Shown here piece by piece: positions 44,873-54,862 of a DNA stretch of 64,000 bases (positions within the stretch are counted from its first letter, which is position 1; each line of letters opens with the position of its first letter). A program made the position numbers and the translations under genes. A model generated the notes under the pieces. The model did not search any database. It saw only the letters and a program-made list of their open reading frames with translations, and was not told the DNA's origin. Source of the stretch: Lachnospiraceae bacterium (GTDB lineage Bacteria > Bacillota > Clostridia > Lachnospirales > Lachnospiraceae); the NCBI GenBank assembly GCA_015056795.1, contig SVFO01000016.1, positions 11,131 to 75,130 on the forward strand, given 5' to 3'.

Positions 44873-47800
44873 GAAAGAGACGAATGAAACGCATCACGGG
44901 ATGGTTGGTCGCTGTTTTGGTGACATGCCTTACCCTTGCGGCTCCGGTTATGGCAGCCATGACCAGCGCGGAAGACTTGGCGTGGGCTAGAACTACGAGC
45001 CTTGAGGAAGTTAGGAGTAAGCTGGGAGATTTACAGAAGTATTTGGTTCCGTTTGACGATTGGTATACCTACCGCTATTGGGTGCAATATCGCCTTGGCG
45101 GCGGCACCAATCAGGGAAATGCAGATGGCTACAGCAACACTCTTTCGTATATTGTCGGGACGGATGTAATAACGGATCAAAAATATCAATCTGGACTAAC
45201 AATAGCATATTGCCGTTTTGATTTAGAGTTGCCTGATCTTCCACATTTTGATGGACATGAGAATCATGTATTCTACTATGTTGAAACACCCTCTTCAACG
45301 GAATGGGAAGAGATTAAGGAATATAATCATCTCAAGGAGGATGCAAACGGCGGATATATCACTAGTATTGGCGGGTATCCTGCAAAAGGTTATTATACCT
45401 GGAACAAAACAGGTTACAACTTGGAGGTTTACGTAAATTTGCATAATCTGATGCCATGGGCTCCGGAAAATGAGACAAAGAGATGTATTCTCTATTTTCA
45501 TATCAAATCGTATTCTAATGAAGAAGCGCTAGCCAAGGCAAGGCAAATTGAAGAACTGATCAAAAACTGGCAGCCCAAGCTCTCTGATCCCGTGGTGATC
45601 GGAGCGGATCCCGAACTGTTCGAGAAATATGGCATTAAAACTGGAGGAGTAGATGTCGTGGTCGATACCTACGCGGAGGATGAGCCCGGCGAAGACAGTA
45701 CGATTTCTTCCAATGAGGACGATAAGTCTGGTAAAAAGGAAGGCAATAAAGAACGCGACAAGGACGAGGACAAGAAATCAAAGGGTCATGAGGACGGAGG
45801 AACAACGATTCCGGCGATTATTATCCTTGGGACGCTGGGCACGGCAGGCGCGGCAGCGGCAGCGGGAGCAGCAGGAGCGGGCGCAGGAAGCGGAAGTGAA
45901 AAACCAGACGGATCCGACGAAAAGAAGCGTTCCACCTTCAAAATGTATATCAACAAGGATTTTGGCAATAAACTGAAGAAGGGCGATGAACCCAAGGCAG
46001 TTTATGCGAGAATTGTGGAGAGAAAGCCGAGCGGCGAGGAGGTCGACAGGACGGACCTTACGGAGCAAATCCAGGTCTTTTCTTCTGATGGATCGCTTGT
46101 CGTGACGGACGGCGGCATGAGCACGAACGGGTATCGCTGTGCCATGGCCTGCGTGCCTGAAGTGGACGAACCAGAGTCCGAAGGAAAGGTTAGCTTTTTC
46201 TTTGAGGGCGAGGGTGGCACCTTTACGCAGAATGTCATCTTTAATATTACCATTCCTGGAATTAAGTTCTTCCAGGATAATTTGACGCTGCCTGCGGGAG
46301 AACTGGATGAGCCCGAATTCCTGCCCTTTGAGGTTCAGGAAATGGGCGATAAATATGACATAGAGGTTTCCTATAACGGCGAGGATTATGAGATTGATCT
46401 GGCGGAATGTGACGATCCCGAGATGAAGGACGTGCACTATGTCGCACTCATGGAAAAGAATAAACAGGTATTTGACGCCGGTGTTTATACGGAATCCTGG
46501 GTGAACGTGACGGTGAAGAACGAGACCCAAAAGATTACCGCGAGTGTAAAGATCATTCGCATGAGCATGGGCCTGAACGTCACCGTAAAGGCGCTGAACT
46601 GCTATCGCGTGCCCAAGAAGGAATCCGCGGGCAAGGAAATGAAGAAGATGACGATTGCGGATTTTGAAACCGCGACCACGGAAGCCATGGCCTATGTTCT
46701 GTACTATGACAAGGAAGAACACGTGGTGCGTCAGCAGGCGGCTTTCCCGTCGGTAACCTTAGAGCCTCTTGACGGCGAAGCGGAGGAGAGAAAGAAGCAG
46801 GTCAGCGAATCCCTTGCGCAGATTAAGATAAACTGCAAGCTTCTGCGCACGGAGGATCAATTTTCTGTCTGTGTATTTGTTTGTGAAGGCGGATTCCTGG
46901 ATGCTCCGGCCAGATACAACGTGAAGCTATGCATGACTGCGGAAATCCCTGTAGGAGAAGGGGAAAAGCAGCACATGGTGAAGTATCAGGCCGAGCGTAT
47001 CGTGCTTTTGCGTAGCCAGCCCAGCAGGATTGTGGCGGGTGTGAAAGAAAACTATGAAGTTGACAAATATGACGATCAGATCACGGACATGCTGTATCGG
47101 ATCAAAGAGATCGTGTTTGACAACTACATGAACCATCTGTTTTCTTTGTATCACATGATCGACCGCATGACGGACGGATACGACCGCGCGTATGGCTATG
47201 ATCCTTACCAAGTGGCAAAGGTGGTTGACGTTTGGGACAGGTTCCAAAGAGGGGAATTACTGGGCGCCAACGCGGAGGCGAAAGGCTACGGCGTGGCGGA
47301 CGAGCTGGAGGCGCTGGCGGCGGCCACGAGAAGCTGGGACGGTTGGCAGGGCATTGTTCTCAGGATTTCCCTTGACGTCATGACCGGCGGTGCGTCGGAG
47401 ATTGCCATGGTGGCCTTGGACATGAACCGCGGTGCCATGGACTACCGCAAGGAGACCGGAGGACAGGGTACGGCATTTGGTTATTTCAAGGCAGCGGGAA
47501 TTCCGCTTTTGTTTGGTGCAGGATTTGGCGTGGCGGCAGCCGTGGGTAAGGGCGCATCCAAGCTGGTTGGAACGCAGGCAAAGAAGCTTTTCCCGAAGAA
47601 GACGGCGGCACTGTTAAAGAAGGCAGAGGCCGTGAAAAACACGGCGAAGGAGATGGCGGAGCTCGCAGCCAAGGACGTGAAAGCTGCGGCGGGTTACGTA
47701 AGCTCAGTCATTCCACAGGGTGCCAAAACGGCCAGTGCTAAGATCGGGAATCTCGTGAATGCGGTTGTGGAAACCGTGGACAGCGTTGATCCCAGACTTT

Positions 47801-49167
47801 ACGTACCGAAAGCAAAAATGGCGAATAGCGTGGTAAGCACCAGCGTTAACAAGGGTAAGACCACGGGCGACGCATTGATTGGTGAGGCAAAGGCGGCGCA
47901 GAAAAACATACGCGAGAAGTGCATCGACATGGCGGGAAATGCTACGAACAAAGAGGGCGAGATCATTTATAACGAGATGATCGCGGCGAAAAAGGCGCTT
48001 CAGGCGGATCCTACAAGTGGTGCAGCGCAGCTTCGATACAATCAGTCCCTGATGGAGTTTAAGGCGAGCCATGCGGCAATTGAGCATGCCAACAGCATCA
48101 TGCCCGGTCAAAACCTGAATATGCGTGAAATGATCAACGCGGATCTTGAAAAGATGACATCTATGGTAGAAGGTAAGGTAAAGACCAAGGCTGGAGATTG
48201 GTATAACATTGATCCAAATACGGTGAAGGTGGAGCGGGCAACGGCAAACAAGGGTGCAGGTCTGAAGTTTGGACGAGACTGTGACATGACGCCGAAGGTT
48301 GTCACGAAGGAGGGTGGTACAAAATACATAAGTCAGGCCACGACGGACACAATTTTGGAAGAAGCCGTTCATGAGACCATTGAAGAGACATGTGGAAAGG
48401 AGTTCGCAAATCAATTTGCACCGAAAGGTAAATTCTCCCAGAAGATGGATTTCACGGGGTGTACCGTGCAACACGCGGATTATTTCCAAGGCGGTCTGGA
48501 CACCGTGCAGCAGGTGACGGATAAGGCACGCATGAGTGAGTTTATGGGAGCGGAGCAAGCCAGAAGCGTGGCAGATACGCTTCGCTACAAGGGAGTGCAT
48601 CCTTATGAGGCCGGCGCAAAGCTAGAAAAGGAAGTGCTTTCCAAGCTGACGGACGGGGAGGCGGATGCCCTGCTTAAGGAGTTGGAGGCTTATGCAAAGG
48701 CCGACGCGAATGTTGCCAAAACCATGCAATTGTCCGAAAACGCAAAGAAATTAAAAGAGGCCTATGCACTGATGGAAGAAGGCTTGTATCAACCCTCAAA
48801 ATATGGGAAAAAAGTTGTGGAGAAGGAATGGGTATCCATTAAGGCTGGTTACGGGGAAACGCTCACGGGTCAGGATTATGTGAATGCACGCATTCTTGAC
48901 CGTGGAAGCGGACAGGCGTTGACGGAAGAGATGAAGCATCGCACGGAGGAATGGGTAGGAGAGCGTATTACTCTTTCTGAAGCCAGAAAGGCCTGCGAAT
49001 TAAATGGCACCACCATCGAAAAAGCAATTAAAGGCGTTGGGGACGCTTTTGAAAGACTGGACAAGAATTTCAAATATGGTTCCGTTTCCTCGGTGACGAG
49101 TGCCGTTGGAATAGGCGGCGCGATCAACGCTGGCCGGAATGCCACAAATGGTTCCAAGAAGAAATAA
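44869..49167 (+). CDS. Orphan 1,432-aa membrane protein (signal peptide, ectodomain, acidic linker, TM helix, about 1,090-aa C-terminal region)
   Basis: ATGA start/stop overlap with the upstream gene. MRKRRMKRITGWLVAVLVTCLTLAAPVMA signal-like N-terminus. TM at nt ~45803-45890. No family recognised. Confidence 0.7.
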   Translation: MRKRRMKRITGWLVAVLVTCLTLAAPVMAAMTSAEDLAWARTTSLEEVRSKLGDLQKYLVPFDDWYTYRYWVQYRLGGGTNQGNADGYSNTLSYIVGTDVITDQKYQSGLTIAYCRFDLELPDLPHFDGHENHVFYYVETPSSTEWEEIKEYNHLKEDANGGYITSIGGYPAKGYYTWNKTGYNLEVYVNLHNLMPWAPENETKRCILYFHIKSYSNEEALAKARQIEELIKNWQPKLSDPVVIGADPELFEKYGIKTGGVDVVVDTYAEDEPGEDSTISSNEDDKSGKKEGNKERDKDEDKKSKGHEDGGTTIPAIIILGTLGTAGAAAAAGAAGAGAGSGSEKPDGSDEKKRSTFKMYINKDFGNKLKKGDEPKAVYARIVERKPSGEEVDRTDLTEQIQVFSSDGSLVVTDGGMSTNGYRCAMACVPEVDEPESEGKVSFFFEGEGGTFTQNVIFNITIPGIKFFQDNLTLPAGELDEPEFLPFEVQEMGDKYDIEVSYNGEDYEIDLAECDDPEMKDVHYVALMEKNKQVFDAGVYTESWVNVTVKNETQKITASVKIIRMSMGLNVTVKALNCYRVPKKESAGKEMKKMTIADFETATTEAMAYVLYYDKEEHVVRQQAAFPSVTLEPLDGEAEERKKQVSESLAQIKINCKLLRTEDQFSVCVFVCEGGFLDAPARYNVKLCMTAEIPVGEGEKQHMVKYQAERIVLLRSQPSRIVAGVKENYEVDKYDDQITDMLYRIKEIVFDNYMNHLFSLYHMIDRMTDGYDRAYGYDPYQVAKVVDVWDRFQRGELLGANAEAKGYGVADELEALAAATRSWDGWQGIVLRISLDVMTGGASEIAMVALDMNRGAMDYRKETGGQGTAFGYFKAAGIPLLFGAGFGVAAAVGKGASKLVGTQAKKLFPKKTAALLKKAEAVKNTAKEMAELAAKDVKAAAGYVSSVIPQGAKTASAKIGNLVNAVVETVDSVDPRLYVPKAKMANSVVSTSVNKGKTTGDALIGEAKAAQKNIREKCIDMAGNATNKEGEIIYNEMIAAKKALQADPTSGAAQLRYNQSLMEFKASHAAIEHANSIMPGQNLNMREMINADLEKMTSMVEGKVKTKAGDWYNIDPNTVKVERATANKGAGLKFGRDCDMTPKVVTKEGGTKYISQATTDTILEEAVHETIEETCGKEFANQFAPKGKFSQKMDFTGCTVQHADYFQGGLDTVQQVTDKARMSEFMGAEQARSVADTLRYKGVHPYEAGAKLEKEVLSKLTDGEADALLKELEAYAKADANVAKTMQLSENAKKLKEAYALMEEGLYQPSKYGKKVVEKEWVSIKAGYGETLTGQDYVNARILDRGSGQALTEEMKHRTEEWVGERITLSEARKACELNGTTIEKAIKGVGDAFERLDKNFKYGSVSSVTSAVGIGGAINAGRNATNGSKKK

Positions 49168-49182
49168 ATGGGAGGTGCAAGC

Positions 49183-50601
49183 ATGAGGGTATTGATTTTA
49201 AATGGTTCACCGTCAGGTGAAAACAGCATTACGCTGCAGACCATGCATTACATTCAAAAGTTTTACCCCAAGCAGGAATATCATGAGCTCCACGTAGGGC
49301 AGAAGATCCGGATGTTTGAGACGGACTTCTCGAAGGCGGCGGAGGAGCTTAAGGCTGCAGAGTTAGTGGTCTTCTGTTATCCCGTCTATACTTTTTTAGC
49401 ACCGGCGCAGCTTCACCGTTTTATCGAACTGATGAAGGAGAGTGGGATTGATTTTCGTGGAAAGTACGCGACGCAGGTAACGACCTCCAAGCATTTTTAT
49501 GACGTTACGGCACATGAATACATGCGTGAGAACGCCGAGGACATGGGATTTACGGTGATCAGGGGCCTTTCGGCGGACATGGAGGACCTTCTGCATCCGA
49601 AGGGTCAAAAGGAGGCGCGGGCATTCTTCCGACATGTCCTTTGGTCAATCAAATATGACAGGGGAGAGCTGCCCAAGGCAACTGCGGAAATTGATCAGGG
49701 AAAGAAGATCGCCATTGTGGCCGACGTCGCGGAGGGCAATGAGGTGTTGCCAAAGATGATCGAGGAGTTTCAGGCGGCATCGGCGGCGGAAGTCACCGTA
49801 GTCAATATCCGTGAGTTTCCTTTCGCGGGCGGGTGTCTTGGCTGCTTCCACTGCGCGGCGGATGGCACCTGCATCTATAAAGATCGGTTCGATGAGTTCC
49901 TTCGGGAGAAGATCCAGACGGCGGATGCCTGCGTTTACGCCTTTTCGATCAAGGATCATTCCATGGGGCAGCGCTTTAAGCTCTTTGATGACAGACAGTT
50001 TTGTAATGGTCACCGCACCGTGACCATGGGAAAACCCGTGGGATATCTCATTGACGGGGATTACAAGAAGGAACCCAACCTGCGGACGCTGATCGAGGCG
50101 AGGGCACAAGTGGGCGGCAACTATTTCGCGGGCGCCGTGGCGTGGACTGATACGGTGCAGGCTCACGGAATGACGGAACAATATGAAGTAAAAGCAGGCG
50201 AAGATGGGACGGCAGATGTCGCGATGGCGGGAAAAGCCGGAACAAAAGGGCAAAGCGAAGGAAACGTCAAGGTGGAGATCCGGCGGCTTGCGGCAGAGCT
50301 TTCTTACTGCATGCGTCATCGTTATAATCAGCCCGCCGATTTTTATGGCGTGGGCGGAATGAAGATCTTCCGCGACCTGATCTACCAGATGCAGGGCATG
50401 ATGCGGGAGGACCACAGGTTCTACAAGGAGCATGGCTTCTACGACTTCCCGCAAAAGCGCATGGGAACGATTCTGGGAATGTATCTCGTGGGAGCGATGA
50501 TAAACAATCCAAAGCTCAGTAAGAAGATTGGCGGCAACATGACCAAGGGAATGCTAATGCCTTATCAGAGCGTAATTGACAAGGCAAAGCCGCGTAAATA
50601 A
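49183..50601 (+). CDS. Two-domain flavodoxin-like NAD(P)H-dependent oxidoreductase / iron-sulfur flavoprotein-like
   Basis: MRVLILNGSPSGENS flavodoxin-fold start. Second domain has the GGCLGCFHCAADGTC Cys motif. GGAGG SD lies just after the stop codon of the upstream gene. Confidence 0.65.
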   Translation: MRVLILNGSPSGENSITLQTMHYIQKFYPKQEYHELHVGQKIRMFETDFSKAAEELKAAELVVFCYPVYTFLAPAQLHRFIELMKESGIDFRGKYATQVTTSKHFYDVTAHEYMRENAEDMGFTVIRGLSADMEDLLHPKGQKEARAFFRHVLWSIKYDRGELPKATAEIDQGKKIAIVADVAEGNEVLPKMIEEFQAASAAEVTVVNIREFPFAGGCLGCFHCAADGTCIYKDRFDEFLREKIQTADACVYAFSIKDHSMGQRFKLFDDRQFCNGHRTVTMGKPVGYLIDGDYKKEPNLRTLIEARAQVGGNYFAGAVAWTDTVQAHGMTEQYEVKAGEDGTADVAMAGKAGTKGQSEGNVKVEIRRLAAELSYCMRHRYNQPADFYGVGGMKIFRDLIYQMQGMMREDHRFYKEHGFYDFPQKRMGTILGMYLVGAMINNPKLSKKIGGNMTKGMLMPYQSVIDKAKPRK

Positions 50602-50610
50602 AATCGGCGC

Positions 50611-50679
50611 GGCAGGTGAGAAAAGGCTTGATAGGCAAGTGAGAAAAGGCTTGATAGGCAAGCGAGAAAAGGCTTTATG
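50611..50679. repeat. 23-bp intergenic tandem repeat, 3 copies
   Basis: GGCA(G/A)G(T/C)GAGAAAAGGCTT(G/T)AT(A/G) units at 50611, 50634 and 50657. Confidence 0.85.
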
Positions 50680-50745
50680 GGTTTACAAGGAAAATAATTT
50701 AGGAACGATAAGAAACATCAGTATAAGATGGCAGGAGGGAAAAAT

Positions 50746-51789
50746 ATGAGAACGTTAGAAGGATTTCACAAGGGCGTGAATTTGGGCGGTTGGCTTTCGC
50801 AGTGCGGCGAAGGAAATTACACGAAAGAGCATTTTGACACCTTTATGATAGAGCGTGATTTTGCGCTGGTGAAGGAGTGGGGATTGGATCACGTGCGCGT
50901 TCCCGTGGATGCGGAGACGATTCAGGAGGAAGACGGAACCATGAAGGAGGATGGTCTCGCGTATATTGACAAGGCTATCGCATGGTGCCAAAAGTATGGT
51001 CTTGGCATGGTGCTTGATCTTCACAAGGCCCATGGCTATGTCTTCGATGACGCGAATAACTGCCAGTTCTTTTATCAGGAAAAGCTTCAGGACATCTATG
51101 TGGAGCTTTGGAAATGTCTTGTGACAAGGTATGGAAAATATCGTGATTTTGTATTGTTTGAGCTCTTAAATGAAGTGACCTCCAAGGAATTTACGGACCC
51201 CTGGAACAAGATCGCCGCGAGAACCATCAAGGCGATCCGTGAGATCGATAAGGAAGCACGCATTGTCGTTGGCGGCATCTACAACGACAGCATTTATGGA
51301 CTGACGCTGCTGGATCCTCCTGCGGATGAGAACATTGTGTTTACCTTCCATTGCTACAGCCCGCTGGCCTTTACGCATCAGGGCGCGCACTGGGTGGATC
51401 GCATGCCCAGAGACCCTGAAAAGTGGAAGTTCTCCTATCCCGGAACGGTTGCAGCCTATAAGGCCAGATCTGAGGAATTCTTTGGACATGATTTTGATTC
51501 CGAATTCCCTGATACGCTGCCGGAGCAGATGAATGGCGCTTACTTTGAGAACCTCATGCAGCCCGCCCTGCAGGTTGCCGAGAAGTACAACGTGCCCCTT
51601 TATTGCGGCGAGTACGGCGTCATAGATTTGGCAGACCCGAAGGATGCGCTTGCTTGGTACAAGGACATGAACAGCGCTCTGGAAAAGTTTGGCATTCACC
51701 GTGCGGCATGGTCACATCACGGCATGAACTTCGGCCTTGCAGATCCTTGGCTGGATGGCGTAAGGGATCAGCTGGTGAAGTATCTGTAA
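50746..51789 (+). CDS. Glycoside hydrolase family 5 (cellulase-type), no signal peptide
   Basis: GVNLGGWL, acid/base FELLNEV and nucleophile CGEYG motifs. Confidence 0.85.
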   Translation: MRTLEGFHKGVNLGGWLSQCGEGNYTKEHFDTFMIERDFALVKEWGLDHVRVPVDAETIQEEDGTMKEDGLAYIDKAIAWCQKYGLGMVLDLHKAHGYVFDDANNCQFFYQEKLQDIYVELWKCLVTRYGKYRDFVLFELLNEVTSKEFTDPWNKIAARTIKAIREIDKEARIVVGGIYNDSIYGLTLLDPPADENIVFTFHCYSPLAFTHQGAHWVDRMPRDPEKWKFSYPGTVAAYKARSEEFFGHDFDSEFPDTLPEQMNGAYFENLMQPALQVAEKYNVPLYCGEYGVIDLADPKDALAWYKDMNSALEKFGIHRAAWSHHGMNFGLADPWLDGVRDQLVKYL

Positions 51790-51838
51790 AGGATGCGTGA
51801 GAAGCAAATAGTCGTTTTACGAGGATTGAAAAAAGGAC

Positions 51839-52435
51839 ATGAACGAAAGACTAGAGCCTCAGGCAGAGGTACGGCTTGCAACGCTGGAGGATGCGGAGCG
51901 GCTGCTAGAGATTTATCAATATTACGTGGAGAACACGGCCATAACGTTTGAGTATGAGACGCCTACCCTGAAGGAATTTCAGGGTAGGATGTCTTCGATT
52001 ATGGAAAAATATCCTTATCTTGTCGCCGTGCAAGGCGGCAGGATCGTAGGGTATGCCTATGCGGGAGCCTTTCACCCGCGGGCGGCCTATCACTGGGCAT
52101 CGGAGGTTACCATCTATTTGGACAGGGACGCGCGAAAGGCGGGGCTTGGAAGGCTCCTATATGAGCATCTGGAGGAGTGTTTGAAGCAGATGGGGATTTT
52201 GAATTTATATGCCTGCATCGGATATCCCGAGACGGAGGACGAGTACCTGACCGCGAACAGTGCAAGGTTTCATGAGCACATGGGATACCGTTTGGTTGGG
52301 ACCTTCCAAAACTGCGGCTATAAGTTTCAGCACTGGTATCACATGATCTTCATGGAAAAAATGATCGGGGAACACGTGACGGGTCAAGCGGAGGTAATCT
52401 GGTTCCCAGAGATAAAAAACAAGGATGACAGGTAG
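51839..52435 (+). CDS. GNAT N-acetyltransferase (phosphinothricin-acetyltransferase-like)
   Basis: PAT-like N-terminus (ATLEDAERLLEIYQYYVENTAITFE) and acetyl-CoA loop (RDARKAGLGRLL). Confidence 0.8.
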   Translation: MNERLEPQAEVRLATLEDAERLLEIYQYYVENTAITFEYETPTLKEFQGRMSSIMEKYPYLVAVQGGRIVGYAYAGAFHPRAAYHWASEVTIYLDRDARKAGLGRLLYEHLEECLKQMGILNLYACIGYPETEDEYLTANSARFHEHMGYRLVGTFQNCGYKFQHWYHMIFMEKMIGEHVTGQAEVIWFPEIKNKDDR

Positions 52436-52438
52436 AGC

Positions 52439-53278
52439 ATGGAAAGAAAAACCAAGATTTTAGCTCTTGTTGGGAAGGGCGGCGTCGGGAAGACGACGCT
52501 CTGCTCGGCGTTTGTGCGGCTGTTAAGTGAACAAAATCCGGAGGCAAGGATCCTGGCCATCGACGCGGATCCGGCCGTGGGACTTGCTACGGCGCTTGGC
52601 GTGGAGGTCAAGGAAACCCTGGATGACCTTCGCCTTGCAATTATCGAAAAGGCCGCGCAGGGCGCCGGGAAGGAGGCCGTTGAGCTTCTCGGCGAGGTCC
52701 GCTATCGCATCTTTGATGCTCTGGTGGAGGCCGGAAACATCGCCTTTTTGGCCATCGGACGGCCGGAGGGTGCGGGGTGCTACTGTGCCGTAAATGCCTA
52801 TCTGAAAGAAGTCATTGAGATGATCAGCAAGGATTTTGATTATGTTGTGATCGATGGCGAAGCCGGGATTGAGCAGGTCAACCGCAGGGTCATGGAGAAG
52901 GTGACACACTTATTTTTGGTGACGGACGGAAGTAAAAAAGGGATGCAGGTCATCGAGTCCATTCGTCAGGTGGCGGATGAGCTGGTTTCCTATGAAAGGT
53001 GCGGCGTGATCGTGAATCGCATGGACGATCCCGAGCTTCTGTTAAGTTACGTTGATGCCAAGACGGCAGAGATGACAAGGAATGAGGCCGCAGGCAATCC
53101 AACGGGGGAGGATTTGGCACAAGCAAGTCTTCGGGGAATGGAGCTTCTCAGTATCATTCCCAGCGACCCCGCCCATGCAAAAAATGATATTTTAGGGAAA
53201 ACGATTTTCGACTTACCGCCGGACGCCCCGGTGCTTTTGGGCGCAGCGAAGGCCTTAAGGTATATGCTGCAGGTGTGA
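52439..53278 (+). CDS. CooC-type (MinD/ParA-class) nickel-insertion ATPase-like protein
   Basis: Deviant Walker A VGKGGVGKTT and a CxC motif (GAGCYCAVN) at the position of the CooC metal-binding Cys-x-Cys. Confidence 0.7.
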   Translation: MERKTKILALVGKGGVGKTTLCSAFVRLLSEQNPEARILAIDADPAVGLATALGVEVKETLDDLRLAIIEKAAQGAGKEAVELLGEVRYRIFDALVEAGNIAFLAIGRPEGAGCYCAVNAYLKEVIEMISKDFDYVVIDGEAGIEQVNRRVMEKVTHLFLVTDGSKKGMQVIESIRQVADELVSYERCGVIVNRMDDPELLLSYVDAKTAEMTRNEAAGNPTGEDLAQASLRGMELLSIIPSDPAHAKNDILGKTIFDLPPDAPVLLGAAKALRYMLQV

Positions 53279-53413
53279 TCAAAACAAGCCTTTGGTTGTA
53301 AGGAATGTAGGTCGGGAACCATGTACTTTGAGGGCACGGACGCGGACTATCATATGGCTTCGAAACGGCTGCGCTACTAAGAGCTTGTCTTTTTGTAGTC
53401 GAGGAGTAAGATA

Positions 53414-54154
53414 GTGAATAAACTAATTGCGATCATATCATTGTTAATAACGCTTACCTCTTCCATCATGGGGAGCGCTCAAGAATTGAAAAAGGAGAAC
53501 ATGGATTATCAGGATTCGCCTAAATGGGTGGCGCAGCTCGGAAAAGAAAAGGAGGCAACGCAGCTTTTTGTGGTTGCCGCCGTGGGACAGACAACGGCAT
53601 ATGTTTCCATGCATGAAAAGGATGCACGTGGGCAGTGGAAGGAAATCATGACTACCCCCGGCTATATCGGAAAGAAGGGTCTTGGCAAGACCAAAGAGGG
53701 CGATGAAAAGACGCCGCAGGGAACCTACCACTTTAACGCGGCTTTCGGAATTGCGGCGGATCCGGGATGCGCCTTGCCGTATCATCAGGTCACGAAGGAT
53801 GATTATTGGTCGGGTGATCCGAGGGAGGGATATGCTTATAATCAGCTCGTGAGCATCAAAGAGTATCCTGGGCTTGACGTGAAAAACGTCAATACGGAGC
53901 ATTTGATTCAATGTGATCCCGAATATACCTATTGCCTGAACATTAGCTATAATGAGGATTGTGTCCCTGGGGTTGGCGGTGCGATCTTTTTACACTGTAC
54001 TGGAAAGATCAAGCCCTTTACCGGCGGCTGCGTTGCAATCCCCGAGGAATACATGCTTCAAGTGATGCAAAACGTTAAGCCGGAATGCGTTGTCGTGATT
54101 GATGAGCTGAAAACGCTGAGTCCGGAGACCTGGAAAAGGCTGAGGCTGGACTAG
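53414..54154 (+). CDS. L,D-transpeptidase catalytic-domain family protein (COG3786-like) with signal peptide
   Basis: N-terminal signal-like helix. GGAIFLHC...TGGCVAIPEEYM catalytic Cys context. Confidence 0.65.
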   Translation: MNKLIAIISLLITLTSSIMGSAQELKKENMDYQDSPKWVAQLGKEKEATQLFVVAAVGQTTAYVSMHEKDARGQWKEIMTTPGYIGKKGLGKTKEGDEKTPQGTYHFNAAFGIAADPGCALPYHQVTKDDYWSGDPREGYAYNQLVSIKEYPGLDVKNVNTEHLIQCDPEYTYCLNISYNEDCVPGVGGAIFLHCTGKIKPFTGGCVAIPEEYMLQVMQNVKPECVVVIDELKTLSPETWKRLRLD

Positions 54155-54230
54155 GGTAGTTGAAAAGCTGGGACTGGGATTAGGATGACTGGAAAATCCA
54201 GTACGGGATTAGAATTGACGCAGCAGGAGA

Positions 54231-54557
54231 TTAAGCAAGTGCAGGCAACATCCAGATCACGCGATAGGCAATTCTGCGATACCACTTGTCGCCATTGTCC
54301 TCAAGGTCAACGCCATTGGCAACGCTGTTGTAAAAGGACTTTACGATCTTTGCGCTGCGAAGGAACTTCGGAACAAATCTGAAATTGTAATAAATATATG
54401 CATGTGCGAAGATTTCGCACGAAAGCTGACTTAAGGACATGCCGGTGATTTTCTCCTCACCGGCAATTTCTTTTGCCATTTCCTGGCAGTTTGCACGGCT
54501 GTATAATTCTCTTCCCATGGGGATGTTCATGTACTTCTTGCTCATCATTTCACTCAT
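54231..54557 (-). CDS. Hypothetical 108-aa protein, divergent from the TIR gene
   Basis: ATG has GGAGG 8 nt upstream on the minus strand. No recognisable motif. Confidence 0.5.
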   Translation of the reverse strand: MSEMMSKKYMNIPMGRELYSRANCQEMAKEIAGEEKITGMSLSQLSCEIFAHAYIYYNFRFVPKFLRSAKIVKSFYNSVANGVDLEDNGDKWYRRIAYRVIWMLPALA

Positions 54558-54787
54558 CGATTCTTCCTCCTGCTTTCTTGCTTTGTACCGTTTTTGTTTC
54601 CCTTAAGGCATGTCTCTTGTTTTGTTCGGTTCTTGTTTCCTTTAAGGCACATCATTTCCTTGTCTGTAAGCTTAGGATATCATGCCTTTCTGGGAAACGC
54701 CATCGAATCTCCTTACAGAAATCTTACGCTTTTGTAAGAAACAGGATGGTGCGCTATCTCTTGCACGATATTTACCCAGAAAAGTCA

Positions 54788-54816
54788 TTGCATCTTTAGT
54801 GAAAACTCATTATAAT
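54788..54816 (+). promoter_or_regulatory. Near-consensus sigma-A promoter of the TIR-Sel1 gene
   Basis: TTGCAT (54788-93), 17-nt spacer, TATAAT (54811-16). GAGGAGG SD at ~54849. Confidence 0.6.
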
Positions 54817-54862
54817 TTAGATAAGTGTGGCCTAAAAACCATTACGTGAGGAGGAAACCTAA

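Noticed and set aside
45778-48600. Long antisense ORFs (45778-46722, 47704-48600) inside the giant gene
   Set aside because: No SD, odd composition, and full overlap with a sense ORF that has coherent signal-peptide/TM/domain structure. Treated as shadow ORFs.
54560-54700. Pyrimidine-rich spacer with direct repeat TGTTTCC(C/T)TTAAGGCA upstream of the 108-aa minus-strand gene as an operator
   Set aside because: There are only two short copies and no palindromic character. This is insufficient to call a regulatory site, so it is mentioned under the TIR finding only.
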